From an uncultured Trueperaceae bacterium (lineage in GTDB: Bacteria > Deinococcota > Deinococci > Deinococcales > Trueperaceae): a stretch of 64,000 nt of DNA. Numbering within the stretch: the first letter of the stretch is position 1; every line of letters begins with the position of its first letter. Both the position numbers and the translations under genes were made by a program. Positions 48,251 to 58,338 of this stretch are shown here, one piece after another. The notes below the pieces were generated by a model. That model was not told the origin of the DNA. It saw only the letters and a list, made by a program, of their open reading frames with translations, and made no database searches. The DNA is taken from the NCBI GenBank assembly GCA_963799485.1, contig CAWCXJ010000001.1:32001-96000 (forward strand). Reading direction: 5' to 3'.

Positions 48251-49795
48251 CTAGAAGTCTTCGTCCCAGTCGAGGGTACCTGTCGCAAGGGGGGCCGACC
48301 GGGGTGCGTAGCCCGGCGCTTGCCCTGCGGCGCTCCGGTCGCGCTCCGGCGGGGTCGTCTTATCCGCTTCGCTTTGGTGGTCGGTTATACGTTCGGCTGC
48401 ATGTCCTGCAGTGCGCCAGCCAATAGCAAGGCAGAGCACGGCGGCAACGGTCAGGGAAACCCAGACGAGCTGCATCACCGGATTTACAAAAAGTGAATAG
48501 CTGCCGGCCTGAGCGAGCTGCGGCTGATCGACAAGCGGTGCGAGGAGATCGGCAAGCGCGACGAAGCCTTGGGCGACGGCGGGTAAGAGCAAGAGAGCGA
48601 GCGCTGCGTCTTGCCACGGCGACGTGTTGGGGGCAAATAGCAGCCGGACAAGCCCTACGAGCGCGAGTAGCCCGGCGGCGATGAAAAGCAGGTCGCGCAC
48701 GTCCGGGGTCAAAAAGGGTAGCGCGGGAGCCACACCGGGCTCCGTAACGTCGGTTTGAACAGGTTCGGTCTGGCCCGAGCTGGTTGCGGGGTTTGGAAAG
48801 GTAGGCTGCGTGTTGCCGTCCGTTAGGGCGTCGTCAAGGGTCGTAACCGGGGGCACAAACGGGGCCGCGCCGGAACCGTTCTCTGAGGCGTCGCTCCCGG
48901 TCGTCTGGTTCGGGGCAGTTGCCGGGTCGGGTTGTGCCTGAGTCCGAGCTGCCGTTTCTCCGTTACCGTTTCCGGCACCGTCTCCAGCACCGTCTTTAGC
49001 ACTGTCCCCGGAGTTGTCCCCGGCTCCAGCACTGTCTGTTTGCGCTACTGCTTCCGCCTCGGCGCGTTCGGCTCTCCTGGCAAACCCGGTAAGTTGCGCC
49101 CTGAGCAGGCTTATCCCCTCGTCAATCGGACGTTCTGCGACGAGCGCCCGGATCGTGCCGATCACGGTATCTTGCGTTTTCGGCGGCAGACGCGGCGAGT
49201 CTTGCACGAGAAAAATGTAGCTGTAGAGCTGCGCGAGCGTCCGGTAGCGGTCTTCGAGGTTGCCGCCGAAGGTGCCGAGTTGTGCGAGACCGCGCGCCGC
49301 CAACCGCGCCTCGAACGCACCCTGCAACGCCGCTTGCGCCAAGCCGCTAAACTGCGCGTCCGCAAACCCCAAGTCCCGGCCTAGTACATTCAAGAAATTC
49401 CGGGCACTCTCCAGGTCACCGTTTGCCGCGTTCTGGAGGGCCTGCTGGTAAACGGCGCGGCCGAAGCCGCCCTGCAGTACGGCGGACTGCACCTGCAGGT
49501 CGGTCTCGCTCTGGTTGACGATAGCCTCTTCCGCGCGGCTGAAGGTCGCGTTCAGACCGCTGCGGAGGGTCGGCTTGAGCAACGCCCCGAGTGGCTCAAA
49601 GGCGATTTCGGCCTGCCTCAAGGCGTCCAGACTTTCAACCTGGTCGCTTGGAAAGGCGGCGATACTCGAGCGCAGCGCAGCAGTCGCGTCCTCGTAACTC
49701 GTCAGCAGGGGTTGCGCCAGACCAAAGCTGGCACTGAGGAGGCATGAAGTTAGCAGCAGTTTTGTTAGCAGTGGCATAAATATCGTTGGTTTCAT
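48251..49795 (-). CDS. Hypothetical exported/membrane protein
   Basis: RBS AAGGAG; signal peptide, helical domain, G/D/T/P-rich linker, about 3 transmembrane helices, acidic tail LDWDEDF. Confidence 0.65.
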   Translation of the reverse strand: MKPTIFMPLLTKLLLTSCLLSASFGLAQPLLTSYEDATAALRSSIAAFPSDQVESLDALRQAEIAFEPLGALLKPTLRSGLNATFSRAEEAIVNQSETDLQVQSAVLQGGFGRAVYQQALQNAANGDLESARNFLNVLGRDLGFADAQFSGLAQAALQGAFEARLAARGLAQLGTFGGNLEDRYRTLAQLYSYIFLVQDSPRLPPKTQDTVIGTIRALVAERPIDEGISLLRAQLTGFARRAERAEAEAVAQTDSAGAGDNSGDSAKDGAGDGAGNGNGETAARTQAQPDPATAPNQTTGSDASENGSGAAPFVPPVTTLDDALTDGNTQPTFPNPATSSGQTEPVQTDVTEPGVAPALPFLTPDVRDLLFIAAGLLALVGLVRLLFAPNTSPWQDAALALLLLPAVAQGFVALADLLAPLVDQPQLAQAGSYSLFVNPVMQLVWVSLTVAAVLCLAIGWRTAGHAAERITDHQSEADKTTPPERDRSAAGQAPGYAPRSAPLATGTLDWDEDF

Positions 49796-50231
49796 CAGGT
49801 CTCCTTAGGCGTATGTCCCCTTCCTAAAGGGTATAAACCGGGCGCTTGCAGGGGTGTCGGCCCGGGTTTCTTTGTTTGACAACCTCTAGGGCGCACGCCC
49901 GGAACCTGCTGAGCTGCGACCCTTAAGGACTTGTTTCAATGGCCCAGCATACTGCCGGGACAAACGTCCGGGTGTGAAATATCAGCTAGTACGCTTTTGT
50001 CCACCGATTTGTCCGCCAAAGGCTTCTCTGTGTACGTGTTTTCGTTAGCTCGTATGTTTTCGCTACGGGTTGTTCGGGTTGTCGCCCGGACGCGTCACTT
50101 CGTGTTACATTCTCCCATGTCGCCGTTTGTCGCTGTTTTGCCGTGTCTATCGCCCTATACCCCGCGCCGTTTACGGCTGAGGGAGCGCAACGTATGTTCT
50201 GCGCTTAATCTGGGTAATGCCCTGATGATGT

Positions 50232-50894
50232 ATGTTCTCTGACGTGAGCTTGGACGTAACCTCCGGAACCGCAGCTAAACGTCCGGGCCGGCCCGGGATT
50301 TTGTTCGTGATGACGGGCGCTTCAGGGGTCGGTAAAGACACCATCCGGCAGGCCGCGCTCCCGAACGTCGATCTGTACTTTTCAATCTCCGCGACGACGC
50401 GGGGCCGCCGCCCGGGTGAGGTTCACGGCAAACAGTACTTTTTTTACGAGAAAGCGGCGTTTGAAGCGCTGATTACCGAGGACGCGCTTTTGGAGTACGC
50501 CGAATACGTCGGTGACTTTTACGGTACCCCGGCAGAAGCGGTCCAGAACGCTTTGGCGGAGGGCCGAGACGTTTTGGTAGAACTCGAGTTAGTCGGTGCG
50601 CGGCAGGTCAAGGCAAAGATGCCGGGGGCGATCATGATTTTTATTGCGCCGCCGAGCTTAAGTGAACTCGAGCGCCGTCTGCGCGGACGCGGTACCGACT
50701 CCGAAAGCCGGATTCAAAAACGTCTGGCGCGCGCCCGCGAAGAGATTCGCGCCGTAAAAGAGTTCGACTATGTGGTTGTGAATGACACGCTGCCTACGGC
50801 GGTTCGTGATTTTTGCAGTATCATCTACGCTGAGCGCGCCCGCACCTCGCTTTTGAGTAAACGCGACATCGCCAACTTCTTGCGCGAACTCTAG
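50232..50894 (+). CDS. gmk: Guanylate kinase
   Basis: TGASGVGKD, SATTR..RPGE, YGTP, RGRGTDS. Confidence 0.95.
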   Translation: MFSDVSLDVTSGTAAKRPGRPGILFVMTGASGVGKDTIRQAALPNVDLYFSISATTRGRRPGEVHGKQYFFYEKAAFEALITEDALLEYAEYVGDFYGTPAEAVQNALAEGRDVLVELELVGARQVKAKMPGAIMIFIAPPSLSELERRLRGRGTDSESRIQKRLARAREEIRAVKEFDYVVVNDTLPTAVRDFCSIIYAERARTSLLSKRDIANFLREL

Positions 50895-50939
50895 CGCCCA
50901 CCGGAGCGTGCCGAACGAATCAAGTTTTAAGGAGACACC

Positions 50940-51248
50940 ATGGCTCAAGAAGGTTTCGACACCCTGATGGAATTAACCGAGTCGCGTTACCGCCTCTCGA
51001 TGGTCACAGCGCGCCGCGCCGCACAGCTTAAACTCGGCATCCCCTCGGTGTTGCCCAAAGACGAAGTGCCGCACACCCGCAACACCGTGACCATAGCGAT
51101 GAAAGAACTCGAGGAGGGCGCAGGCATTCTCTGGGGCGACGACCTGCCGAGCACCGAACAGCTCCGGACACTTGTCGAACGTGAGCGCCGCGAAGAACCG
51201 AGCAGCTACAGCGTCTCACGCCGCCCGCGTGACGAGGACGACGAGTAA
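50940..51248 (+). CDS. rpoZ: RNA polymerase omega subunit
   Basis: SRYRLSMVTARRAAQL, NTVTIAMKEL; lies between gmk and coaBC. Confidence 0.9.
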   Translation: MAQEGFDTLMELTESRYRLSMVTARRAAQLKLGIPSVLPKDEVPHTRNTVTIAMKELEEGAGILWGDDLPSTEQLRTLVERERREEPSSYSVSRRPRDEDDE

Positions 51249-51364
51249 CGAGGGCGCAAGCTTTCGGTTTTTGTAAAACGAGGAAGCAAGTAGGAACAGC
51301 CCGCCTTTGCATCTGCTATGAGATTACCCCTGATTTACGGACAACCGCCTGTAGCCACTGGATT

Positions 51365-52591
51365 TTGCTCCCTGGTATTCCTGTGCGGCTGATTGTCGCC
51401 GCGTCGGGCGGCGTCGCGGCCCTTAAAACCCCGTCTCTCTTGCGCCGTCTGCGCGAAGCCGGTCATAAGGTGCGCGCCGCCGCAACGGACGACGCACTGC
51501 ACTTCGTAACCCCGCTTTCCCTCGCGGTCGCCGCCGGCAGCGAAGTCTTTGACCGCGCCGCCTGGTTTAGGCCGGATGGTGAAGCGCGCCACCTCGCGTG
51601 GGCGCGCTGGGCCGACGCGCTCGTCGTAGCACCCGCAACCGCCGACGCGCTCGCAAGTGCGGCGACCGGACGGGCCGACGACGTAATTTCAGCGCTCATC
51701 TTGGCGGGCGTTCCCCGCGTCGTTTGGGTTCCGGCGATGAACACCGCTATGTGGCAGCATCCGCTGGTCAAGCGCAACGTCGAAACGCTGAAAACGCTCG
51801 GTCATTACCTGATTGAACCTGCTGTCGGCGTGCTGGCTGCCAAAGGCGAAGGTGCCGGTGCTGGACGGATGCCCGAACCCGAGACGATTACGGCCCTTTT
51901 GCCCGGACTGCTCGGCCCGCGCGACCTGACAGGCCGCCGGGTACTCGTTTCGGCGGGGCCGACCCGTGAATACCTCGACCCGGTGCGTTACTTGTCGAAC
52001 CCGTCGTCCGGCAAGATGGGGTTTGCGGTGGCGGAGGCTGCCAGAGACCGTGGTGCAAACGTAACGCTCGTCAGCGGCCCGGTTTCGCTGGCTGCGCCGC
52101 AAGGCGTCAAGCTCATCCGGGTCGAAAGTGCTGAAGCGATGTTAGGCGCGCTTACTGACTACTTTGACGCGTGTGACCTGCTGGTGATGAGCGCCGCCGT
52201 CGCCGACTGGCGCGCCGCCGAGATCAAAACCGAAAAAGAACCCAAGGCCGGGGAAAAACAGCAGCTCGAGCTTGTTCGCACGCCCGATATCTTAAGCACC
52301 CTGGCCCCGCGTAAACGCCGTCAGGTGATGATCGGGTTTGCGATGGAAACGCATCAGGGAGTAGCAAGGGCGGCGGACAAGGCGCAGCGTAAAGGACTTA
52401 CGTTTATCTGCCTGAACTACCCCACGCGGGCGGGTTCGGCGTTTGGCGGCGACGACAATCAGGTCACGCTCGTCACGCCGCAAGGGGAAGCCGAAAAACT
52501 GCCCCGCATGTCCAAACGGGCGGTCGCAGAGCATATCTTAGACCGGGTGACGGGGTTACTCGCACCTGAAATTACGGCTAAAACGCAGTAG
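51365..52591 (+). CDS. coaBC: Phosphopantothenoylcysteine decarboxylase/ligase
   Basis: APATAD, PAMN..M, GRMPEP, GPTREYLDPVRYLSNPSSGKMG, AAVADW, GFAMET. Confidence 0.93.
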   Translation: MLPGIPVRLIVAASGGVAALKTPSLLRRLREAGHKVRAAATDDALHFVTPLSLAVAAGSEVFDRAAWFRPDGEARHLAWARWADALVVAPATADALASAATGRADDVISALILAGVPRVVWVPAMNTAMWQHPLVKRNVETLKTLGHYLIEPAVGVLAAKGEGAGAGRMPEPETITALLPGLLGPRDLTGRRVLVSAGPTREYLDPVRYLSNPSSGKMGFAVAEAARDRGANVTLVSGPVSLAAPQGVKLIRVESAEAMLGALTDYFDACDLLVMSAAVADWRAAEIKTEKEPKAGEKQQLELVRTPDILSTLAPRKRRQVMIGFAMETHQGVARAADKAQRKGLTFICLNYPTRAGSAFGGDDNQVTLVTPQGEAEKLPRMSKRAVAEHILDRVTGLLAPEITAKTQ

Positions 52592-52617
52592 CGCCGCCGC
52601 AACGTCCGGTAAATCCG

Positions 52618-52651
52618 AAACGACCGCTGGAGCCGCTCCAGCGGTCGTTTT
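52618..52651. terminator. Intrinsic terminator
   Basis: AAACGACCGCTGGAG-CCG-CTCCAGCGGTCGTTTT. Confidence 0.8.
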
Positions 52652-52704
52652 AGTTGCTTGTGCGGCGAAAAGAAGTGTCGCTGGACAAGTTCTCGGTTCG
52701 GGTT

Positions 52705-54087
52705 TTAGTGCGCTCGAGCAGGCTTGATGTTCTGATTGACGTGAAAAAGGTTTTGCGGGTCGTACTTCGCCTTGATCTCGCTCAGCCGCGCGTAGTTCTC
52801 CCGGTAGGCCGCCCGGACGCGCTCCTGACCCTCGTCCATCCTCATATTGACGTAAGGCCGCCCGCCGAGTAAGGATGCACGGCTTCCCAGTAGTCCACGC
52901 ACCAGTCCTTGACCTGCGCTGCGTTATTCGGGTCGACGCCGACCTCGCCCCAGGTCGCGTCGCGGTAGCGCCGGGCAGTCTCGTCTTTGCCGACGCGGTG
53001 CGCCGCGCCGTTGATAGGGTAGAAGTGCATGGTGCACTGCATCGTCGGCATGGTTTTGGCGTGTTCCAGGTGCTTGGCGATCGCCTCGTCGGAGAGCTCG
53101 TTGACAAAATCCGCGCGCCAGTACCACTGGTGCCCCGGCGGGTAGAGGCCGTCGAAAGCGCTCTGCAAGGCGGGATAGGGCATATCGTGGACGCCGTGCA
53201 GCAGTGGCGGGCCGAACTCACGGATAGGCTTAAAGACCGCCTCGGCCTCCTCGGGTAGCCCGGTGTAACCCCAGACCACGCCGCACACCTTTTTGAGGTG
53301 GAGATGCTCGGGAAAAGGTGGCCCCGGTGAACGGTCATGAGGGCGAAAAAGCCGTTCAGGTCTGCGGGCGCGTTGACGATAAACTCGCGGTACCAGCGCA
53401 TTACTCCGGGCGTCTGCTCGAGTTCCCACAAGGTCGGCCCGCCGATGATGGTGCTGACCGGGTGGCCCTGAAACAAAAACGAGGTCACAACGCCGAAATT
53501 GCCGCCACCGCCGCGCACCGCCTAAAAGAGGTCGGGGTGTTCGTGGGCGTTCGCCGTGACCAAGCTGCCGTCGGCCAAGACCATATCGGCAGAAAGCAAG
53601 TTGCCGATGGTAAGACCGTATTTTCGGGTCAAGTGCCCCAGACCGCTGCCCAACGTGAGCCCGCCGACGCCCATTGTAGAGATGATACCGCTCGGCATTG
53701 CCAAACCGTAGGCGTGGGCCGCGTGGTCAACCTTGCCCCAGGTCGCACTGCCCTCGACCCGGACGCGGTTTTCGCGCCCGGGTCTACCCGGACGCCGTTC
53801 ATCGGTGAAAGGTCGATGACGAGCCTGTCGTCGCAGGTGCCTAAACCGCCGCCGTTATGCCCGCCGCCATGCACTGCTAGCGTCAGGGCATTGTCGCGCG
53901 CAAAATTCACGGCCTGCACGACGTCGGCTACGTCGGCGCAACGGGTGATGAGGGCGGGGCGTTTGTCGATCATGGCGTTGTAGACTTTGCGGCTTTCGTC
54001 GTAAAGCGCGTCGCCAGGTTGGATGAGGCTGCCGCGCAAGCTCGCCTGGAAGGTCGCGGTGGCGGCGTTCTTTGCTTGTGTCGTCAT
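52705..54087 (-). pseudogene. FAD-binding (berberine-bridge-like) oxidoreductase pseudogene
   Basis: Fragments: YNAMIDKRPA..GGGHN; GVGGLTLGSG..HPDLF*(TAG); RGGGGNFGVVT; LQSAFDGLYPPG; YVN..YRENYARL..KAKYDP.NLF; several frameshifts and one stop codon. Confidence 0.88.
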
Positions 54088-54838
54088 CTTGCTTCGCCTC
54101 TATTTCGCAAGCGGGTATAAAAGGCCGAGCCTTTCACACCGGATGGAGTTGCCGGTTCCTTGAACCGGTTGCCGGATCGACATGGGTGATTCCCCAAGAC
54201 CCATCACTTATGAACCTGAACTACCGTCTTCCATCGGCCCAAACGAAGTGGGGAAGCGGTGATGGCCTCCGGCTGACAGAGCGTTCAGAGTGTTCCCTGG
54301 CTACGGTCTGGACCCTCGCCAACGCCTATGACGTACCGGAAATAACCATAACGTTAGCTGTTACCGGGTGCAGATGAGCCGGAGATTCCCACCCGTCTGG
54401 AACCTTAAGGCGGAAGACGAAAGAATTTTCGCTGATATGAGAACTGATTCAGCTGCACAAGACCGGGGTACCGCATGGTTGTAGGTAGTAGCGCCTCTCT
54501 TTTCCTAACACTCGGTTCCTCCTGGTAGATTGTGGGCGATATGCACCTCCTGCCGACACGCTTAGCGCAGACATAGGCCGTTTCCCAACCGTGAACGCAC
54601 AAGGAACGCCCGCGTGAACCAAACGTTCACGCGGGCACCAAAGGATTTGCTACCGGCTCGAGGGGCTTGAGCCCTCTTGCCAAGCCCGGCATTTCCACAA
54701 GAAATTGCCGGACGCCGCGCTCGGTCGCCACATGAAAAAGAGGTCGGCTCGTATTTACCGGGCGTTACGGCGCGAAGTGGTCGCAGACCCGGCGGCGCGC
54801 ACGCATATCCCACCTCCGGCTGCGTGTTATAACCCGGC

Positions 54839-55252
54839 ATGAGCGAGGGCGCAACACCCCTTTACGTGGTCGCTGTCGCCGCCGTCATCCGGCGTGAGGG
54901 CAAACTGCTCGCCATGCGCCGCGCAAAGGCCAAAGACGCCGGGCCGGGACTCTGGGAAACGCTCTCGGGGCGCGTCGAGGTGGGGGAGACGCCGTTGGAC
55001 GCCGCCCGAAGAGAGATTCTAGAAGAGTGTGGGTTGGGGGTTGCGCTTTTATCCCGTCCCGTCACCTGCTACCCCGCGACACGTCTGGGCTTGCCGATGA
55101 TCGTCATCGTTTACGCCGCCGATTACCTATCCGGCGACGTTACGCTAAGTGACGAGCACGACCGCTATCTTTGGCTCTCCCCGGACGCGTTTGCCGTAAA
55201 AAGTACGCTTACGCCCCTCGCCCAGGCGGTACACTTGGCTTTTAAGCTGTAA
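54839..55252 (+). CDS. NUDIX hydrolase
   Basis: [23 protein letters not shown]udix box; LSDEH. Confidence 0.88.
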   Translation: MSEGATPLYVVAVAAVIRREGKLLAMRRAKAKDAGPGLWETLSGRVEVGETPLDAARREILEECGLGVALLSRPVTCYPATRLGLPMIVIVYAADYLSGDVTLSDEHDRYLWLSPDAFAVKSTLTPLAQAVHLAFKL

Positions 55253-55268
55253 CCGTAAAGGAGAAACG

Positions 55269-55595
55269 ATGATCATTTCTACAACCTCTGTTTTAAGTGG
55301 CAGGGAAGTCACCGACTATCACGGCCTCGTCAGCGGTGAGGCCATTTTGGGTGCAAACATCTTCCGGGACTTTTTCGCGGGCATTCGAGATATTGTCGGC
55401 GGGCGAAGCGGCGCGTATGAACGGGCGCTGCGCGAGGCCAAAGAGATTGCGGTGCGCGAGATGGAAGAAGAGGCGAAGCGTTTGGGCGCGAACGCAGTTA
55501 TCGGCGTTGATCTGGACTACGAGAACATCACCACGGGTAATGGCGGCGGGATGCTGATGGTGTCGGCAAGCGGTACGGCGGTGACGGTTCGTTAG
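55269..55595 (+). CDS. YbjQ/UPF0145 family protein
   Basis: [42 protein letters not shown]. Confidence 0.9.
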   Translation: MIISTTSVLSGREVTDYHGLVSGEAILGANIFRDFFAGIRDIVGGRSGAYERALREAKEIAVREMEEEAKRLGANAVIGVDLDYENITTGNGGGMLMVSASGTAVTVR

Positions 55596-55599
55596 GCGC

Positions 55600-56000
55600 G
55601 TGAGCTTCAAGCTGCGGGGTCGTCCGTGGGCTATGGTGCGGGCGCTTCACTTGCCGCCGAAGGACTGTGCCATTTTCGCAGCGCCCCGATGTTAGCACAC
55701 GGTCTCATCACCGAAATTGGCGATGTTGACATTGTGGCGATCCGCTCAGCGTGGCAATTTGCACAGAAGTTGGGGACGCCTGAGTTTGCACCCGGTGGCG
55801 ACCGGATTATTCAAGTGTCGTCCGGGTTGGCGATTTTTGATGGTTGGTTGAGCTTGGATGTTGAGGCTATTATCGAGCGCTCGAGCCTACAAGACGGTTT
55901 ACCCATCGCTCAGCTAAAAGACGTAGCCGCGTACAAACGCTTGCTGGGCCGTCTCAACAGAGTGCATTTGAGGTTGCTCGAGCCTTACCTTGCCCAGTAA
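55600..56000 (+). pseudogene. Small hypothetical (nucleotidyltransferase-like) gene with a probable frameshift near 55678
   Basis: GTG 55600 frame gives ..LHLPPKDCAIF; adding one G gives IFGSAPMLAHGL..EIGDVDIV (GS...DxD). Confidence 0.45.
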
Positions 56001-56009
56001 CGTAAAATA

Positions 56010-56564
56010 TTACTGATCGCAAAAACTCCTGAGCGACTGCACCGAATCCCTCGCAAAATGCGCCTGAACCCGCCGTAAAACCGGCGCACCGAGTTTGACA
56101 AGCGGCTGCCGGGGTCGTGACAGCGCCGTAAGCTCGTACCAGACCCGTCCCTGCTCGTCTAAAAAAACATGAAAGCGTTCACAGCCTGAAACGGCGTGTT
56201 GCGGCAGCGTCCCGAGGGTAAAACTGACCTGCTGCGAGGTGTTTTTTACGGCGATAATTCGCACGGCGCTCAGTGTCCAAACTGGCTTGATACCCGCGAC
56301 GAGCGCCACGACGACGCCTTCACGCAGCGGCGCACGGTGAGGGTAGAGCGTCAGCCACGAAGGGTAAACAGCCCACGCTGCCAATCCTGCAACGGCTTTA
56401 GCGAACACGTCCGGGCCATCCCCGAGCGGCCAGCGTTGACGGGTAAACCTAAAACCGGGGGTCGGTTGGGGCGGTCCGCTGTAAGTTACGGCCTGTGTGC
56501 CTTGTGACCTGACGAAGGGCTCGAGGTCGTCAATCCCCGGTTTTGTGAGGTTGAAAAAGCGCAA
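56010..56564 (-). CDS. DUF1990/UPF0548 family protein
   Basis: LGDGPDVFAKA, GTLPQHAVSGCERF, VWYEL.ALSRP. Confidence 0.75.
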   Translation of the reverse strand: MRFFNLTKPGIDDLEPFVRSQGTQAVTYSGPPQPTPGFRFTRQRWPLGDGPDVFAKAVAGLAAWAVYPSWLTLYPHRAPLREGVVVALVAGIKPVWTLSAVRIIAVKNTSQQVSFTLGTLPQHAVSGCERFHVFLDEQGRVWYELTALSRPRQPLVKLGAPVLRRVQAHFARDSVQSLRSFCDQ

Positions 56565-56565
56565 G

Positions 56566-57663
56566 CTAGCGCACGGCTAAACGTACCCGCTGCACGTTGC
56601 CCCACTCGTACCCGGCGGGGTTCCAACCGGTTGTGGGCCCTAGTGGTTGCGCGTAGCCTGCGTCGTCAAAGGCGCGTAGCCACACCTCGGGTTCGCCCGC
56701 AGGTAGCTCCAACGTCAGCGACCATTCCGACCAGGCGTAAGGGCTTTCGGGTGTGTCTAGTTTGGCGTCGTGCCAGGTTTCACCGCTATCTTGCGAAACC
56801 GCGACCCGCGCGACGCGGCTCTGTCCGTCCGTCCAGGCGACGCCGCCGAGTTCGTTCGGGCCCGCGTGCAACGTATCGCCGATGAGAGGAGTCCAGAGGA
56901 GGCTCCGGAGTTTCATCCGCCAGCTCGGGGTGCTGTTCTGGGGTGTTCCGATAAAGGGTTGACCGGGCTCTAGAGGTTTTTTTGGCAGCCGGTACCTTTC
57001 CTGCTGATAGTGACTCGGGCTCTCTTCATCTTCTAAACTCAAATAGTTCAGCCATTTTACGTTGTTGACGCCGTAAAATCCCGGCAACACGAGCCGGAGC
57101 GGGCCACCGTGCAGCGCCGGGAGCGGTTCGCCGTTAAGGGTAGAGGCGAGCAGCGCGTTTTCCAGTACGTCATCAAGGGGTACGCTCCGTTCAAACGGGC
57201 CGTGATTGTCGTGTGCGGTTCCGGCACCACGGGCCAGCAGGTAACGCGCTTCGCCGTAAAATCCTAGATCGTCCAGCACAGTTTTGAGCCGGACACCGCC
57301 GAAAACGACGTTGGCGACCGCGCCGTCACTCCACTGTGCGCCGCTGACCGGGCTGCTGCCGCCGAAGTGTCCCCTCGAGTTTCCCGAACACTGCAACACC
57401 ATCTCGGTTTCGGTGACGGGATAACGCCGTAAATCTGGCAAGCTGAGCTGCACCGACGACGCTCCGTCCTGCACCGTAAAAGACCATTCAGTCGGAGCCT
57501 CAGCTAAGGTCATGTAGCCGTCTAAATCCTGATTGTTGCGGATATACAGGTGCGCCTTGTCGGTAACGCGCGAGCGCCGTAACAGAGCAAGGGGGGTTTC
57601 GCTCTGCAGCGGGTCGCTGACGTGCAGCGTCAGCCAGGGGGTTTTGCCTGCAATGTTGTGCAT
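56566..57663 (-). CDS. Sulfite oxidase-family molybdoenzyme without a Tat signal
   Basis: YIRN, LQCSGNSR (Mo-ligand Cys), NGEPLPALHGGPLRLVLPG.YG..NVKWL, Ig-like dimerisation domain. Confidence 0.88.
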   Translation of the reverse strand: MHNIAGKTPWLTLHVSDPLQSETPLALLRRSRVTDKAHLYIRNNQDLDGYMTLAEAPTEWSFTVQDGASSVQLSLPDLRRYPVTETEMVLQCSGNSRGHFGGSSPVSGAQWSDGAVANVVFGGVRLKTVLDDLGFYGEARYLLARGAGTAHDNHGPFERSVPLDDVLENALLASTLNGEPLPALHGGPLRLVLPGFYGVNNVKWLNYLSLEDEESPSHYQQERYRLPKKPLEPGQPFIGTPQNSTPSWRMKLRSLLWTPLIGDTLHAGPNELGGVAWTDGQSRVARVAVSQDSGETWHDAKLDTPESPYAWSEWSLTLELPAGEPEVWLRAFDDAGYAQPLGPTTGWNPAGYEWGNVQRVRLAVR

Positions 57664-57815
57664 GGGTGCTCCTTCAAAAGAGGCATGTTGAGTCAGGGTT
57701 GTCCTCGTAAAGAGTCAGCCTAGCGGCCGGGTTCCGTTACCGGTCGTGTTCATTCAGTCTACTTTAGCAGCGCAGCCCGGCACTCCCAAATGGGCCATCT
57801 GATAGGCTTAACGAA

Positions 57816-58259
57816 ATGATCTCGCTCACGCAAAAGGCTAAATACGCGCTGAAAGCGCTGGTTTTTTTAGCCAAGGAGTACGACAACGGCCCGGTGCTGA
57901 TTACGACCATCGCCGAGTCGGAACACATTTCACGCAAGTTTTTAGAGCTGATTTTGCTCGAGCTTAAAAATCACGGGGTGCTGCAGAGCAAAAAGGGGCG
58001 CGGCGGTGGTTACTGGCTGGCGCAGCCTCCCGAAGACATCTATCTGGGGCGCGTCATCCGCATCTTTGAAGGGGCACTTGCGCCCCTGCCGTGCGCGTCG
58101 AAACGCTATTACCGGCGTTGTGAGGAATGTAAGGACGAAGCGAGGTGTGAGGTGCGGGCGGTAATGCTCGAGGTCAAGGCGGCTACCTTGCGCGTCCTCG
58201 ACACGACTTCGCTACGTGACACCTTGAGCCTGGGACAGACGCCGGTGCTGGGTTTGTAG
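57816..58259 (+). CDS. Rrf2-family transcriptional regulator
   Basis: KYALKAL, ISRKFLELIL..LK, SKKGRGGGY; Cys cluster PLPCAS...CEEC....C. Confidence 0.9.
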   Translation: MISLTQKAKYALKALVFLAKEYDNGPVLITTIAESEHISRKFLELILLELKNHGVLQSKKGRGGGYWLAQPPEDIYLGRVIRIFEGALAPLPCASKRYYRRCEECKDEARCEVRAVMLEVKAATLRVLDTTSLRDTLSLGQTPVLGL

Positions 58260-58338
58260 CTGTTCGCTGCCTGGACACGCCTCCAAGAAGGTGTAGACTC
58301 GGACGTAAGCGCACTTTACGCTTTTCTGGAGGATTGTT

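Noticed and set aside
49931..50242. 103-aa ORF upstream of gmk
   Set aside because: TTG start, atypical composition and no motifs; probably the divergent promoter region.
57738..58300. TAGACT/AGTCTA words near the Rrf2 gene as an operator
   Set aside because: More simply explained as -10 boxes; no clear palindromic operator is visible.
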